In this document: one piece after another, positions 25,209 to 36,700 of the stretch
Layout of the letters: each line of letters starts with the position of its first letter
Position numbering within the stretch: position 1 is the first letter of the stretch
The notes under the pieces: model-generated
What the model was told of the DNA's origin: nothing
The model's input: the letters and a program-made list of their open reading frames with translations, nothing else
The model's database searches: none
Source: Coniocarpon cinnabarinum
Lineage: Eukaryota
DNA length: 64,000 nucleotides
Reading direction: 5' to 3'
NCBI GenBank assembly: GCA_051942205.1
Contig: JAVECO010000017.1
Coordinates: 1-64,000, forward strand
Translations under genes and position numbers: made by a program

Positions 25209-27050
25209 TTATTGTGCTCTCCTGTAATTGCCTCTCCTCATTTCCTCCCGGAGACTGTCCTGTTGGCTGGGGAGCGGTGCACGCTTGCGAACACTTGCGT
25301 TGCCATTCGTACCTCCGATCATACCAGGCAGCGATGGATATCCTTGTGCTCCGAATGACGACGGGAGAATTTGCCCCACGTCTGGCTGGCCGGAAAATTG
25401 TGGTGGAGGTGGAGCAAATTGGCCCAGCTGTGGAGGAGGAGGAAGTTGCCCTGCCCTGATTAATTCTTGAAACTTGGTCATATCCATACCATGGGAAAGT
25501 GTATGGGGTGACGATAAATTCGCATTTTGGGCCATTGGCGGAACTTGAAAGGCTTGCGGCGCTCCCGGTATCGGCAAATTGCTAGGGCTGACCTGTCTTC
25601 GACTATCCTGTTGCTGCGACATCGCGTTCTGAAGTCCAGGCAATCCTGACAGACCTGGTAGACCTGGGATGGAAGCAGGCTTTGCAGGCATTGTTTGATC
25701 GATGAGTCCATCGGCATCATCCTCGTCATGTTGGATCTCGCCTTCTTCCACGGCATTCGCATGCCGGCCTTCCATCCGATTGCGTTTGAAGCCGGCGGCT
25801 TTGGAAGCCTCTTGGCCAATATGATATGGATCCTTTCGATAAGACTCATCACCAGGTCTTGCCCGAGTCCAAAATCTAGTCAGGCGGTCATTTGAGCCAG
25901 ACGCCAACAGATGTCCCACAGGATGCCAGTCGAGACTCCAAATGGCTTGCTCGTGGGCAAAAGGGACTTTGTGAGCAGGATGCAATGTTTGAGTTGGCGC
26001 ATTCACCGGGTCAACGCTATCATACGGGGAAAGGCTTGATGTATCGGAAGGATTGTTGGGCTCATCCAAAAGATAGTGATGTAAGGCGCCGTCGTTACTC
26101 CCGGTCGTGATGAAGTTGGGGTGTACGGGATGCCATGAAAGTGTTGTGACATCCTTTTCATGTCCTCGGAGCAACATAATGTCTCGCATCATACGAATAT
26201 CAAAAATCCGAGCTACAGTATCTCTTGCACAGGTAGCGAGCAGATCATTGTTGCCCGTAGGCTGGAAGCTCGTCCTGGATATAGTTGTTTTGTGACCATG
26301 TAACGTCGTCAGACACCGGCCATTACGAGGATCCCAGAGCTTGACCTGGTGATCTTTCGAGCCAGAGACGAGGAGACCTTTGGTGGGATGCCAATCCACT
26401 GTTTTGGCGTCCCAACCGTGGCCTGTCAGCGTCAGATCCTCTGCGCCTTCGACAAAGTCAAAAACCTTTAGACTCGCATCGTCACTTGCAGTCACAAATT
26501 TGCTGTCCGTGGGGGCGAAGGCAAGGTCTCTGATTGCGCTGTCATGCGCCTGAATGATTTTAATATTATTGAGATTCCTCTGCCAGTACTTCACGTTCCC
26601 ATCCTGATCAGCCGAGAGCAGATGCGTGTCATCATGCGACCATTCGGCGGCTCTGATGGCCGAATCGTGAGCCGACATGATCGTCTCGAAATTGAAGCTC
26701 ATGCCATTCCATAATGTAAACTCGCCACTACTCGACCCCGTGAGAAGTCGTCGACCCTCCGGCGTCCATCGCACCACGTTAATAGGATGCCTATTCTTGT
26801 TCGATGACTGATGAAGACATTTTGCAGGTATCGTGTCAGCAGGCCTTGCGATTCGTGCCTGTGGAGGCAACATGTCGACAATGTAGCTCGCACTGGAGCG
26901 TTCTGCTTCATGGCAATTCCTCCCGCGCTTTCGCAACCGCAGGTACCTTGACATCGAGGATCCATAGTCGTGCACATCTCGTTTCACCTTCAATTTTCCT
27001 GCGTCGAAGCCCCTTCCGCCAAGGTAATAGCGCCGGTCATAGACATCCAT
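25209..27050 (-). CDS. PFS2: WD40 polyadenylation factor Pfs2/WDR33 (613 aa)
   Basis: DYGSSM, INVVRWTPEGRRLLTGSSSGEFTLWNG..FNFETIM.AHD, GHGWD...DWHPTKGLLVSGSKD, GSNDRLTRFWTRARPG. Confidence 0.96.
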   Translation of the reverse strand: MDVYDRRYYLGGRGFDAGKLKVKRDVHDYGSSMSRYLRLRKRGRNCHEAERSSASYIVDMLPPQARIARPADTIPAKCLHQSSNKNRHPINVVRWTPEGRRLLTGSSSGEFTLWNGMSFNFETIMSAHDSAIRAAEWSHDDTHLLSADQDGNVKYWQRNLNNIKIIQAHDSAIRDLAFAPTDSKFVTASDDASLKVFDFVEGAEDLTLTGHGWDAKTVDWHPTKGLLVSGSKDHQVKLWDPRNGRCLTTLHGHKTTISRTSFQPTGNNDLLATCARDTVARIFDIRMMRDIMLLRGHEKDVTTLSWHPVHPNFITTGSNDGALHHYLLDEPNNPSDTSSLSPYDSVDPVNAPTQTLHPAHKVPFAHEQAIWSLDWHPVGHLLASGSNDRLTRFWTRARPGDESYRKDPYHIGQEASKAAGFKRNRMEGRHANAVEEGEIQHDEDDADGLIDQTMPAKPASIPGLPGLSGLPGLQNAMSQQQDSRRQVSPSNLPIPGAPQAFQVPPMAQNANLSSPHTLSHGMDMTKFQELIRAGQLPPPPQLGQFAPPPPQFSGQPDVGQILPSSFGAQGYPSLPGMIGGTNGNASVRKRAPLPSQQDSLREEMRRGNYRRAQ

Positions 27051-27412
27051 TGGGTCCTGGAATTTGGATCTTTCCCGAAATATCTGGTAATTGTTCTATT
27101 TCTTGATCAAGGGACCTAGGGCATAGGGTTTTTCGCAATGATGTGGTCCTAGTTGTCTCAGTCGTGAGGCTGATCCTTACGATGAACATCAAGTGGCTCC
27201 CTAGGACCCATTCAGACTTGCCTTTGCAAAAGCCGGACCGACAAGGCAATTCTTTAATCTTTGGAAGACCGCGCGACCAAACCGCAAGCGAGACCAACAA
27301 CGAGGGCTTGGCACTAGGCCTGATTTGGCATTCACTGAGGGCGTGTTGACATATCATGGCACTTAGGCGCGGGTGCCCTACAGTCATGTTCTATATATGC
27401 TGTCATCACTAA

Positions 27413-28446
27413 CTAGAACCGCGTTCCATTGACCCCTTGCACACCCTTCCCAAGCTGACTAGCAACAACGGTGGCCTCACGAACAGCTCGCGCAACCGTG
27501 CCTCTGACACGTCCTTCTTCCAATACGAGTAGACCTCCAATCGTGCACCCACCAGGCGTGCTCACTTTATCTCGTAAGATTGCCGGATGTTCTCCTTTCA
27601 ACACCATTCCTGTTGTGCCTCTCATCGTTTGTGCGGCCATAGTCTGTGCTTCCGCGCGTGGAAGGCCCATAGCCACCGCCCCATCTGCTATTGCCTCCAG
27701 TACAAGCGCCATGAAGGCTGGTCCACTGCCGCAAAGAGCGGTACTAGCGTCCAGTGTATTCGGCGGTAGCTGGGTGACTCTGCCGATTTGACTGAATATC
27801 CAGGTGATGAGTGCCTGTTCAGGCTCTGGGAGTGGTGGGACGGGATTAGCAATCACCGTCATGGACTCACGGACAGATGCTGCAGTGTTCGGCATCACCC
27901 GTATAATGCGGCAGCGTCCTTGCGAGGTGGGCTCAGCATCAGATATGCTGCCATAGAGATGCTCCTCGATCTGATGCACAGTAACTCCTGCTAGAATGCT
28001 GATGAGTATCTTACCGGCGAGAGCTTCCTTGATTCCTGGTGCGTCGAGTATGTCTCGGAACATTTGTGGCTTGCAGCCAAGAATAATAATATCAGCCATC
28101 TGCACACCAGTGAGGTTGTTCTCTACAAGCACCTCTAGGCGCGACAGATATGGTTGAAGCTCTCGGCGAATTCGTTCTGCAGACACATTGCGGCGCACAC
28201 AGCCCACAAACCGAGCAGGCAGTCTCGGAGGTACAGGTCTTGTGTCTGCATTGGTGCCGGCTTTGGTTTGAGACGATTGCAGGGAGTCAAGTATCCCACT
28301 GAGGATCGCAATACCGAGTGTGCCTGCCAAAGTCAACGACGACCTGTGACCAGACCTTCAAGAAATGCTCACCTACCGCAACCAAGGACAGTGAGGGTTA
28401 AACCATCCTCGGTAGTGCCATTGACAGCACTGGAAGAGGCTGCCAT
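27413..28446 (-). CDS. PRO3: Pyrroline-5-carboxylate reductase; exons 28446-28377 and 28323-27413
   Basis: Spliced Rossmann motif VLGCG|TLG, CKPQ, RVMPNTA, TALCGSGPAF, VSTPGGCTIGGL. Confidence 0.96.
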
Positions 28447-28798
28447 TGTTTCGATCTAGTCTGCCAACACACTCCGCTATGATATTATGGTCTGCTTCGC
28501 GCTTGCTTCTTGTAATTGAGAAACGTGTAGATGCCCAGGGGTTCTTTCTGTGCTTTACGCCCAGGCCACCAACCATAATGGAGATCGTCGGAATGCAGCC
28601 ACCGAAGGCCCGACGATGTGTCTCGGACTTGCCTTTTTTGACAAACACGGCAATGGATCGGCGTATTGGCGCTTCGCCAATCGCAAGGTGCCTTCCATTA
28701 CTTCGCATACCTGCACTAACAGACGTGCAGATGCCCGGGAAATCGAATCCAGCAAGTTCCAACAACTCTTGAGAAAGCACACTATTGTAGATCGAGAG

Positions 28799-29574
28799 AT
28801 GGCAGATCCATTCGAGGTGCGCATAAAGTTCACCAATCAGCTACAGCATCTCAATGCATCCGTCACTTCAGCTCAAAAGGCTGCAAGCTATGCCATCCGT
28901 CACAAAGACATGGACGAGGACTTGCATTCCTGCATTCTAGAACAAGTTGAACGGGTAAGGATATTGTTTCCTTTGACTTTTAAGGTCTACCCACTAATGA
29001 ACCGAAGAATAACATGAACAACCGCGCTAACATCATGTACTTTATTGAACACTTGTGCGATATGGCCCATCGAGAGGGGCACATCGAGCTTATTAGGATG
29101 ATGCAGCGAGATATTCTTCGAATCATCGATGCTGTTGCACCAGCGGATGGCTCTGGAGCAGCGAATGTGAAGGTAGTAAGGCGCGTCCTCAGCGGCTTGC
29201 GTCAGAAAAACATGCTCACGGCAGACACTGTCGCAGAGCTTGAGGAATGCCTGAAAGAGCGAGACACTGCGCAAAATCATGCCGAATCATCACCTCGAGC
29301 CGTTGATGCTACTCGGGGAGGTTTCGGTAGCTCAAGCAGTTCCAGTCGGCCAAATGGCGCGCCACGTCTTGACAAGCGTCAGATCGAGCAGCGGATAGAA
29401 GAGGATCGCGAGAGGCACAAACGGCTCAGAGAGAACATATGGGCTGTTCGACCCGACGGGAACGAGGAATTTGAGAAGCTGTGGGATGATGCCAGTGACA
29501 TTGGTGAAGATGACTTTTTGGCCGCTCAGGAGGATGCAGCCGAAAGGAAGAGGGCCGAGATCGCAGTCGAGTAA
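28799..29574 (+). CDS. CTK3: CTD kinase I gamma subunit Ctk3; exons 28799-28954 and 29008-29574
   Basis: MADPFEVR..F...L..LNAS, EDLHSCILEQ, MNNRANIMYFIEHL and C-terminal IEQRIEEDRERHKRLRENIW; GTAAGG..CTAAT..AAG intron. Confidence 0.92.
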
Positions 29575-29719
29575 AAGCCCACGGGGAGGTGTGCTTTGAG
29601 TGCTCATGAAGAGCCCGGTCTATTATCGGTGGTAGGGATTCCTGGTACAATCGTCAACGCCGTAGCTTTTGTGCAATTATGCGAAGGTTGCTATGCATCG
29701 AACACCAGTTGAACACCTT

Positions 29720-30348
29720 TTATTCCATCACGACCTCCGCACCGATAGCCTTCATGGTCTCAATTATCTTTTCGCCCTCGTCTTTGGCAACACTTTCCTT
29801 CATCATCTTCGGGACACTCTCCGCAAATTTCTTGCTGTCCACCAAACTGAGGCCCAACATGGACTTGATCTCCTTAATGACCTTTGGCTTGGCAGCGGCA
29901 TCGAAAGCTTTGAGCTTCAGATTGAACAGTGTCCGTTCTTCTTGTTTTGGTGCCGGCTCATCCTCTTCTGCTGCGGCAGCAGCAGGTGCAGCCCCTGCAC
30001 CAGGCGCTCCTCCACCCATGAACCCGCCCATAGGTATGTCCGGGATGTTCAACCGCGTCTGAGTAATCATAAGCACAAGCCTGCGAATACAGCACAATAT
30101 GAACTCACTTTTAGTGCGGACACAAGGTCTGCAGTCTCAAGTAGGGTCAACTGACTTATTTGATCGACTATTCCGGAGACTTTTGGGCTGGAAGATGCGG
30201 CGTTGTTCGCATCCGTGGATTGATTTCTTTGCGATTGAATATCTCGATTTCTTCTCGAGCGGATGGCCGTGCCTGTGATGGCTGACGCAGCAGGTGTTGC
30301 TCTGCAGAGCCTGCACTGTCTGAAAGCGCAACGCGCGGCAGTAGCCAT
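29720..30348 (-). CDS. MNP1: Mitochondrial ribosomal protein bL12m; exons 30348-30109 and 30058-29720
   Basis: Arg-rich presequence, IVDQISQLTLLETADLVSALK|TRLNIPD, Ala-rich hinge, KPKVIKEIKSMLGLSLVDSKKFAESVPK. Confidence 0.93.
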
Positions 30349-30742
30349 CTCTGCTGTTAGGAGTGAAGAGTCACGCGATTTCAAGGGAGCTTGGCTAGTC
30401 GGAAGAGAATAATGGATGGATATAATGGATGGATACATCCCAAGCAGCAGTTAGGGTTACATATCACGTGTTCTGTGGTAGCGTCACTGCTCATTGCCAC
30501 TAGCGCCGATGTGTGATCTCAAGTATTTTACACAAGTTTCATTTTTGCAAAGTCGACGTCTCGCGATCCTGCTGAAAAGAGTCCGAATCCGTTATACAAA
30601 AGCATCTATGAACAACTTTCTCAAGTCTTTCAGCTAGACTCTTCCCACGTTTAGCGATGACATCTAAAAGTCAAACACATTTATGGTCGTTAATTTACCT
30701 TGAAAAAGGCATTTTCCGCACTACGATCAGATTTCGTAGGAA

Positions 30743-33700
30743 ATGGATTACGCAGCAGACATGACACACACTTCAGACGCGGCAAATCATCTCTCATTGG
30801 AGCTTCGCAATCATTTAACATCCTTGGACAACGATGAGACACTAGACTGCTTGGCAAAACTTGCAGCACAGCCTAACTGGACTATCAAAATTCTATGTTC
30901 ATTCCAAAACCTTTTCGCGGAGTTATGTGCTCGATGGACACGTCTTCTGGACGCGCCAACGGCTTTGGCGGCATGTGGACGTGTCATTGGGGCCGTTCCA
31001 TGGCTGTCAGCACATATAGAGCGCATTCTGACAGCAGCTTGCGCTGGGCGGAACATCTTGGGCGAAATCTGCGAGTCTCAGAATGAGCTCACTGATGGGA
31101 CCTCTACAGGAACGGGTGTCATCCTCGACTCCTTAGTCGCCAGCTACCGGTTACTAGCAGCTGACTACTCAATGTTCGAGACTTTGGTGACACCTGCAGT
31201 CTTTGCGAGACTTACAGCACATCGAGACCATCGCGTACGCTATTTGAGCATGCTACTTCTTACCATGTACTTGCATCTGTCAGATGCTTCGAGTGAAGCC
31301 CTTCTTCGCAAGTCCACAGGCGGCGAATCTTGTTCCGGCGATGTGGATGGTCATTGTATCGACCTTCGCTTCTTAGCACTGTTCGAACGCAGGAGGCTGG
31401 ATATCTGGAAGAAAGACATTGAAGCTTCGCGATATGTAGAGCTACAAGCGAATGACCCCATAATTGCTCGCATATTGGCAGAAAAGAATACGTACTCCTC
31501 TACAGTCGAACTTTTCGGAACGATCTGGCCAAGTGAGACCATACCGTCGCAAGATAAACCACAGGCGAATCTCCTGTGTGAGACACCAACGACTATCGAG
31601 AATGGCGCGGCTTTAATTGAGGCGATGCGCTCGTCTGCACCAATCTTGATCAGCGGCCCCGCTGGCTGCGGCAAATCTTTGCTCCTTAACTTTGTAGCTG
31701 CTAAATCAAGACCTAACATGGACTTGGTAACACTACATGTCAATGCGCAAACAGACGCGAAGTCATTGATTGGCATGCATGTGACTGGTGATATTCCAGG
31801 TACGTTTAAATGGCAGCCTGGTGTTCTTGCCAAAGCAATGCAAGAAGGATCATGGATTTTGGTCGAGGACCTTGATCACGCTCCCAAGGAGGTGATGGGT
31901 GTGTTTACGTCGATCTTGAAGCGACGAGAACTGCGTATGCCCGGGGGAAATAACATTCTTAAAGCATCCCCAAGCTTCCGCTTCTTCGCGACCTGTCAGA
32001 CCTCAACGGTTGCTCGTAACTTTACTAAGGAAACAGGACCAAATGTGCATGGCATGCACTACTTCAGAAAAGTCAAATTTGCTCCTTTGCCCGAAGAGGA
32101 GTTGAGTCACATACTGTTGCAAAGGTATGATAAGCTCTCCCAAATGCGGGAGGATATTTTGCATGTGTACACAAATCTGAAGCAGGCAGAAGTCCATCTG
32201 GGTGTTTCGGGACCTCGATTCAGGCCTCTTTCTCCTCGTGCCCTTTTCAAGTGGTGTGAAAGAATCACTTTGAGGCGCCGCGAAGTAGCTGCCCGCAAAG
32301 ACGTTGTGAGCACGAGTGAGACCACATTTGATCATATATTCTTGGATGCCCTAGATTGCTTCGCAGGAAATGTGGGCAATGATTCTCAACAAAAGTCGCG
32401 GTATGCTCAAGAGATCGCTAGGGCATTGCAAATTGATTCAGCTCGTCGAGACTATGTGCGGACCCTTCGCGTTCCTGAGTTCAGAAAAAACGTACGTCGT
32501 AGCTCTGACTTCATTGTGGGTCGTTGTCGGCTTGGTGTGGATGCGAACACACGAGTTTTGAGCGGCTCGTTCCCGTCTGCATCATTCTCGCTGAACAGAC
32601 ATACGAGGAGAACTATGGAGCAAGTAGGCTGCGCCGTGCAGAACAGAGAGCCACTTCTTCTCGTGGGCGAGACGGGTATTGGCAAGACGTCATCTGTGCA
32701 ATATCTGGCATCCGTCATGGGAAAGCCTCTGACTGTCCTTAATCTATCTCAGCAGAGTGAGACTGGTGATATGATAGGCAGCTTCAAGCCTGTCACAGTA
32801 AGGAGTGTCGTAATGCCTTTGAAGGAGGAGTTCGATGCGCTGTTCTCTCAGACCTTCTCTGGGGGCAAGAACCTCGCTTATTCTGAAAAGCTTGGCAGAC
32901 TGATTGCTAAAGCGAAATGGAAGGAGGCTGTTCGATTCTGGAAGCATGCTCTACAAGCATTCCAAAAGGGTGACACAAAGAGCCTGGATAAAATTTCGGC
33001 TCAGCCTGGCGCCGATGGACGAGGGCCGAACAAGAGAAGAAAGATCGATGACACAAGCGCTTGGAATCAGTTTGCTGAGAAGGTCCACGCCCTAGAACAA
33101 CGTCTGGCTGCTGATAATGATGGGTTCGCTTTTTCATTCGTAGAAGGGGAACTCGTGAAGGCCGTCAGGTCTGGTGGCTGGGTTCTTCTTGATGAGATTA
33201 ATCTAGCTTCTTCGGATACACTCGAATGCCTCTCAGAATTATTAGAGGTCAGTATTGAATCCGAACCTTCGATTCAATTCAACGAGGTCGCAAGTGGTGA
33301 GCGAGTTGCAGTTCATCCACATTTTCGCCTTTTTGCAGCCATGAACCCCTCAACTGATTTCGGAAAGAAGGAGCTCGCCCCGGGCATTCGATCTCGTTTT
33401 ACTGAAATCTTCGTTGAATCACCGGAAAGAGATGTGGAGAGTCTGGAAGATATTGTTTCGACATATCTGTTTCAGGCCACGCCCAGTATCAACGAATCGA
33501 GAATGAGCAAGGCTGTGGCTGAGCTGTTCCTGCAAATCCAATATGAAGTGAGAGACGGGAAACTAGTCGATGGCGCAGGTTCTCCAGCGCATTATAGCCT
33601 TCGTAGTTTGACTAGGGCGTTGGCACATGCCAAAACACTCACTGTGAGCTGTGGCCTTCGCCGCAGTCTGTACGAAGGATTTTGCATGTGCTTTGTTACG

Positions 33701-36700
33701 ATCCTTGACCAGAATTCCGACGCGCATCTGCAACAACTATTGCGGAACGTTTTGTTCAACGGTTCACAGAATGCTCGCAAGGAGCTCTCGAAAGCATTGC
33801 ATCTGTCTGATCCCAATCGGGAATTCATGCAGGTCGAAACTTTTGTCGCCCATCCGCAAAGTCAATCGAAAACAACCTCGGACGTGAAGATTACTCATTC
33901 TCTTCCGAAGGGGCCCAACGCCCCTCAGTCAGTGGATGAATACGTGGTCACTCCCCTCGTTGCTAGGAATCTCAGTAATCTTGCTCGAACACTTTCTGCA
34001 GGTAGTTATCCTGTACTTATTCAAGGGCCGACATCAGCAGGAAAGACGAGTATGATCGAATATCTCGCCAAAGTAAGCGGAAACAGACTCATACGTATCA
34101 ACAACCATGAGCATACCGACTTGCAAGAATACCTCGGAACGTATGTCTCAACCAGAAACGGTCAGCTGGTATTTCAAGATGGATTGCTCGTGCGAGCCCT
34201 GAAGAAAGGCTATTGGGTTGTACTTGATGAGCTCAATTTGGCGCCTACTGACGTACTCGAAGCTCTCAACAGATTACTCGATGAGAATAGGGAGCTATTC
34301 ATCCCAGAAACCCAGGAACGTGTTCGACCACATCCCAATTTCATGCTTTTCGCGACACAGAATCCAGCAGGGGCTTATGGCGGGCGCAAGCAGCTCTCGA
34401 CTGCGTTTCGCAACCGATTCCTCGAATTGCACCATGCAGACATACCGGTGGATGAGCTTGAAACCATACTCTCTTCACGAAGTCAATTACCAAAGTCGTG
34501 GTCTCGGCAAATCGTCAAAGTCTATTCAACTTTGTCACGGCAACGCCAACAGACCCGGCTATTCGAACAAGGAGGTTTTGCAACACTTCGTGATTTGTTC
34601 CGATGGGCGCTGCGAGGGGCAACAAGTTTGCAAGAGCTTGCTGAAAGCGGATTCATGCTACTTGCCGAAAAGACAAGGACGCTGGAAGAGCGAGCATTTG
34701 TCAAAGGCGTGATCGAGCAAGACATGAGCCGTCGAGGTGTTGAGATCAAAATCAATGAGCGATCACTGTACGAGCGCATCGCAAAGGAGGGTACCCACAA
34801 GACGCAAAGCGACGTTATCTGGACAAAAGGAATGCAACGGTTGTACTCGCTTGTACACACGGCCGTGAAGCACAGCGAGCCCGTGCTTTTGGTTGGAGAA
34901 ACAGGTACTGGTAAGACACGTGTATGTCAGTTACTAGCTGAGTCTGCGGGAAGGCTATTGTCTACTGTCAACGCGCATCAAAATCTTGAAACCAGCGACT
35001 TCGTTGGCGCTCAAAGGCCGAACCGAAGTCGAGAGACCACTGCCAATGAATTGCAGAGAAATTTGAAGCAAGCCTTCAAATATGCAGGTGTCACCTTCAA
35101 CCAGGGCAGTGCTTTGCATCAATACAAGCAGCTTGACAATCAGCAGCGCAGGGAAGTGCCGTCAGTACTTCGTGAGAGTATTGAGACGAAGCTCTCAAGT
35201 ATGAACATGTTGTTCGAGTGGCATGATGGCTGTTTGGTGCAGGCCATGAAGGCTGGCAACTATTTCCTGCTTGACGAAATTTCCCTTGCGGACGACTCAG
35301 TCCTAGAACGCTTAAACAGTGTGCTGGATCCGAGCAGAACGATCCTGCTAGCCGAGAAGGGAACATCTGATGCCTCTATCACTGCAGCGCCGGGATTTCA
35401 GTTTGTGGCAACCATGAATCCGGCCGGCGATTACGGTAAAAGGGAGCTTTCCGCCGCTTTGCGCAATCGATTCACCGAGATCTGGGTTCCACCAATGAAT
35501 GATCTCGATGATGCTTGCCAAATCGTGCGTGAGAAGCTGTGTGATGCAGCGAAGTCGTTTGCGGATAAGCTTGTACAATTCTCTGCGTGGTTCAATGAAA
35601 GCTACCGCTCCTCGAAGATGGGGATCGTTACATTACGAGATCTGTTAACTTGGGTCGACTTCATTAACATCATTCCACATGATGGATTTGCGCGTATCTA
35701 TCATGGAGCTCATCTTGTTTTCCTTGACACACTGGGAGCCAATCCGTCTGGAGGTGTGACCACAGATCAAGATATCTATCATGAACGAAACCGGTGCTCT
35801 GAGTGTCTTTGCAGCATCTTTCATCTCAACGAAGCAGACTACGAGGTGAATGATATTTCTTTCACTGATAACGCAGAGTATCTGGAGCTGGGAGGATTCA
35901 GACTCAACAAAACAGGCTCAGCTCTCGTTTCAGACAGCTTCAATTTCGTGGCACGATCGACAAGACTCAATGCCATGCGAGTGCTGCGCAGTCTCCAATT
36001 AGAGAAGCCACTACTACTTGAAGGTGCTCCTGGCGTTGGCAAAACATCGCTCGTCTGTGCTATAGCGTCAAAGTCTGGCCGAGATCTAGTGCGCTTGAAT
36101 CTTTCCGAGCAAACCGATCTGAGCGACTTGTTTGGCTCAGATGTCCCTGTCGAGTCCGGCGAGATAGGTACCTTCTCTTGGCGCGATGCTCCCTTTCTTA
36201 CGGCCATGAAACGAGGAGAGTGGGTATTGCTTGACGAGATGAATCTTGCCTCTCAGTCTGTCTTGGAGGGGTTGAATGCTTGTATTGATCATCGCCGAGA
36301 AGTCTTCATCCCTGAACTTGGTATGACGTTTCCGAGGCATCCTCAATTCCGTATCTTCGCCACTCAGAATCCCCACCTCCAGGGGTCGGGTCGAAAAGGC
36401 CTGCCGGCATCGTTTGTGAACCGTTTCAACGTCATATTCTTTGAGGCTTTCGACAAGCAAGATCTAAATTCCATGGCAAGATTTTCGTTCCCGCCAGCTA
36501 ATCCAGATGCGGTCAAGCAAACCGTTGACTTGGTGAGCGACCTCGCACAGAGATGCGGCGGGACGTCTGGTTTTGGTGCGCTTGGAAGACCGTGGGAATT
36601 CAACCTTCGTGATATTTCAAGGATACTACGTTTAAGGGTACTTGCAGCAACGGGAGAGCTTTCATTAAGCACAAGAGATATCGCAAACATGTTTGTTGGC

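Noticed and set aside
28550..28798. Upstream extension of ORF 28550..29017
   Set aside because: Non-ATG start inside the PRO3/CTK3 promoter; the conserved Ctk3 N-terminus begins at 28799
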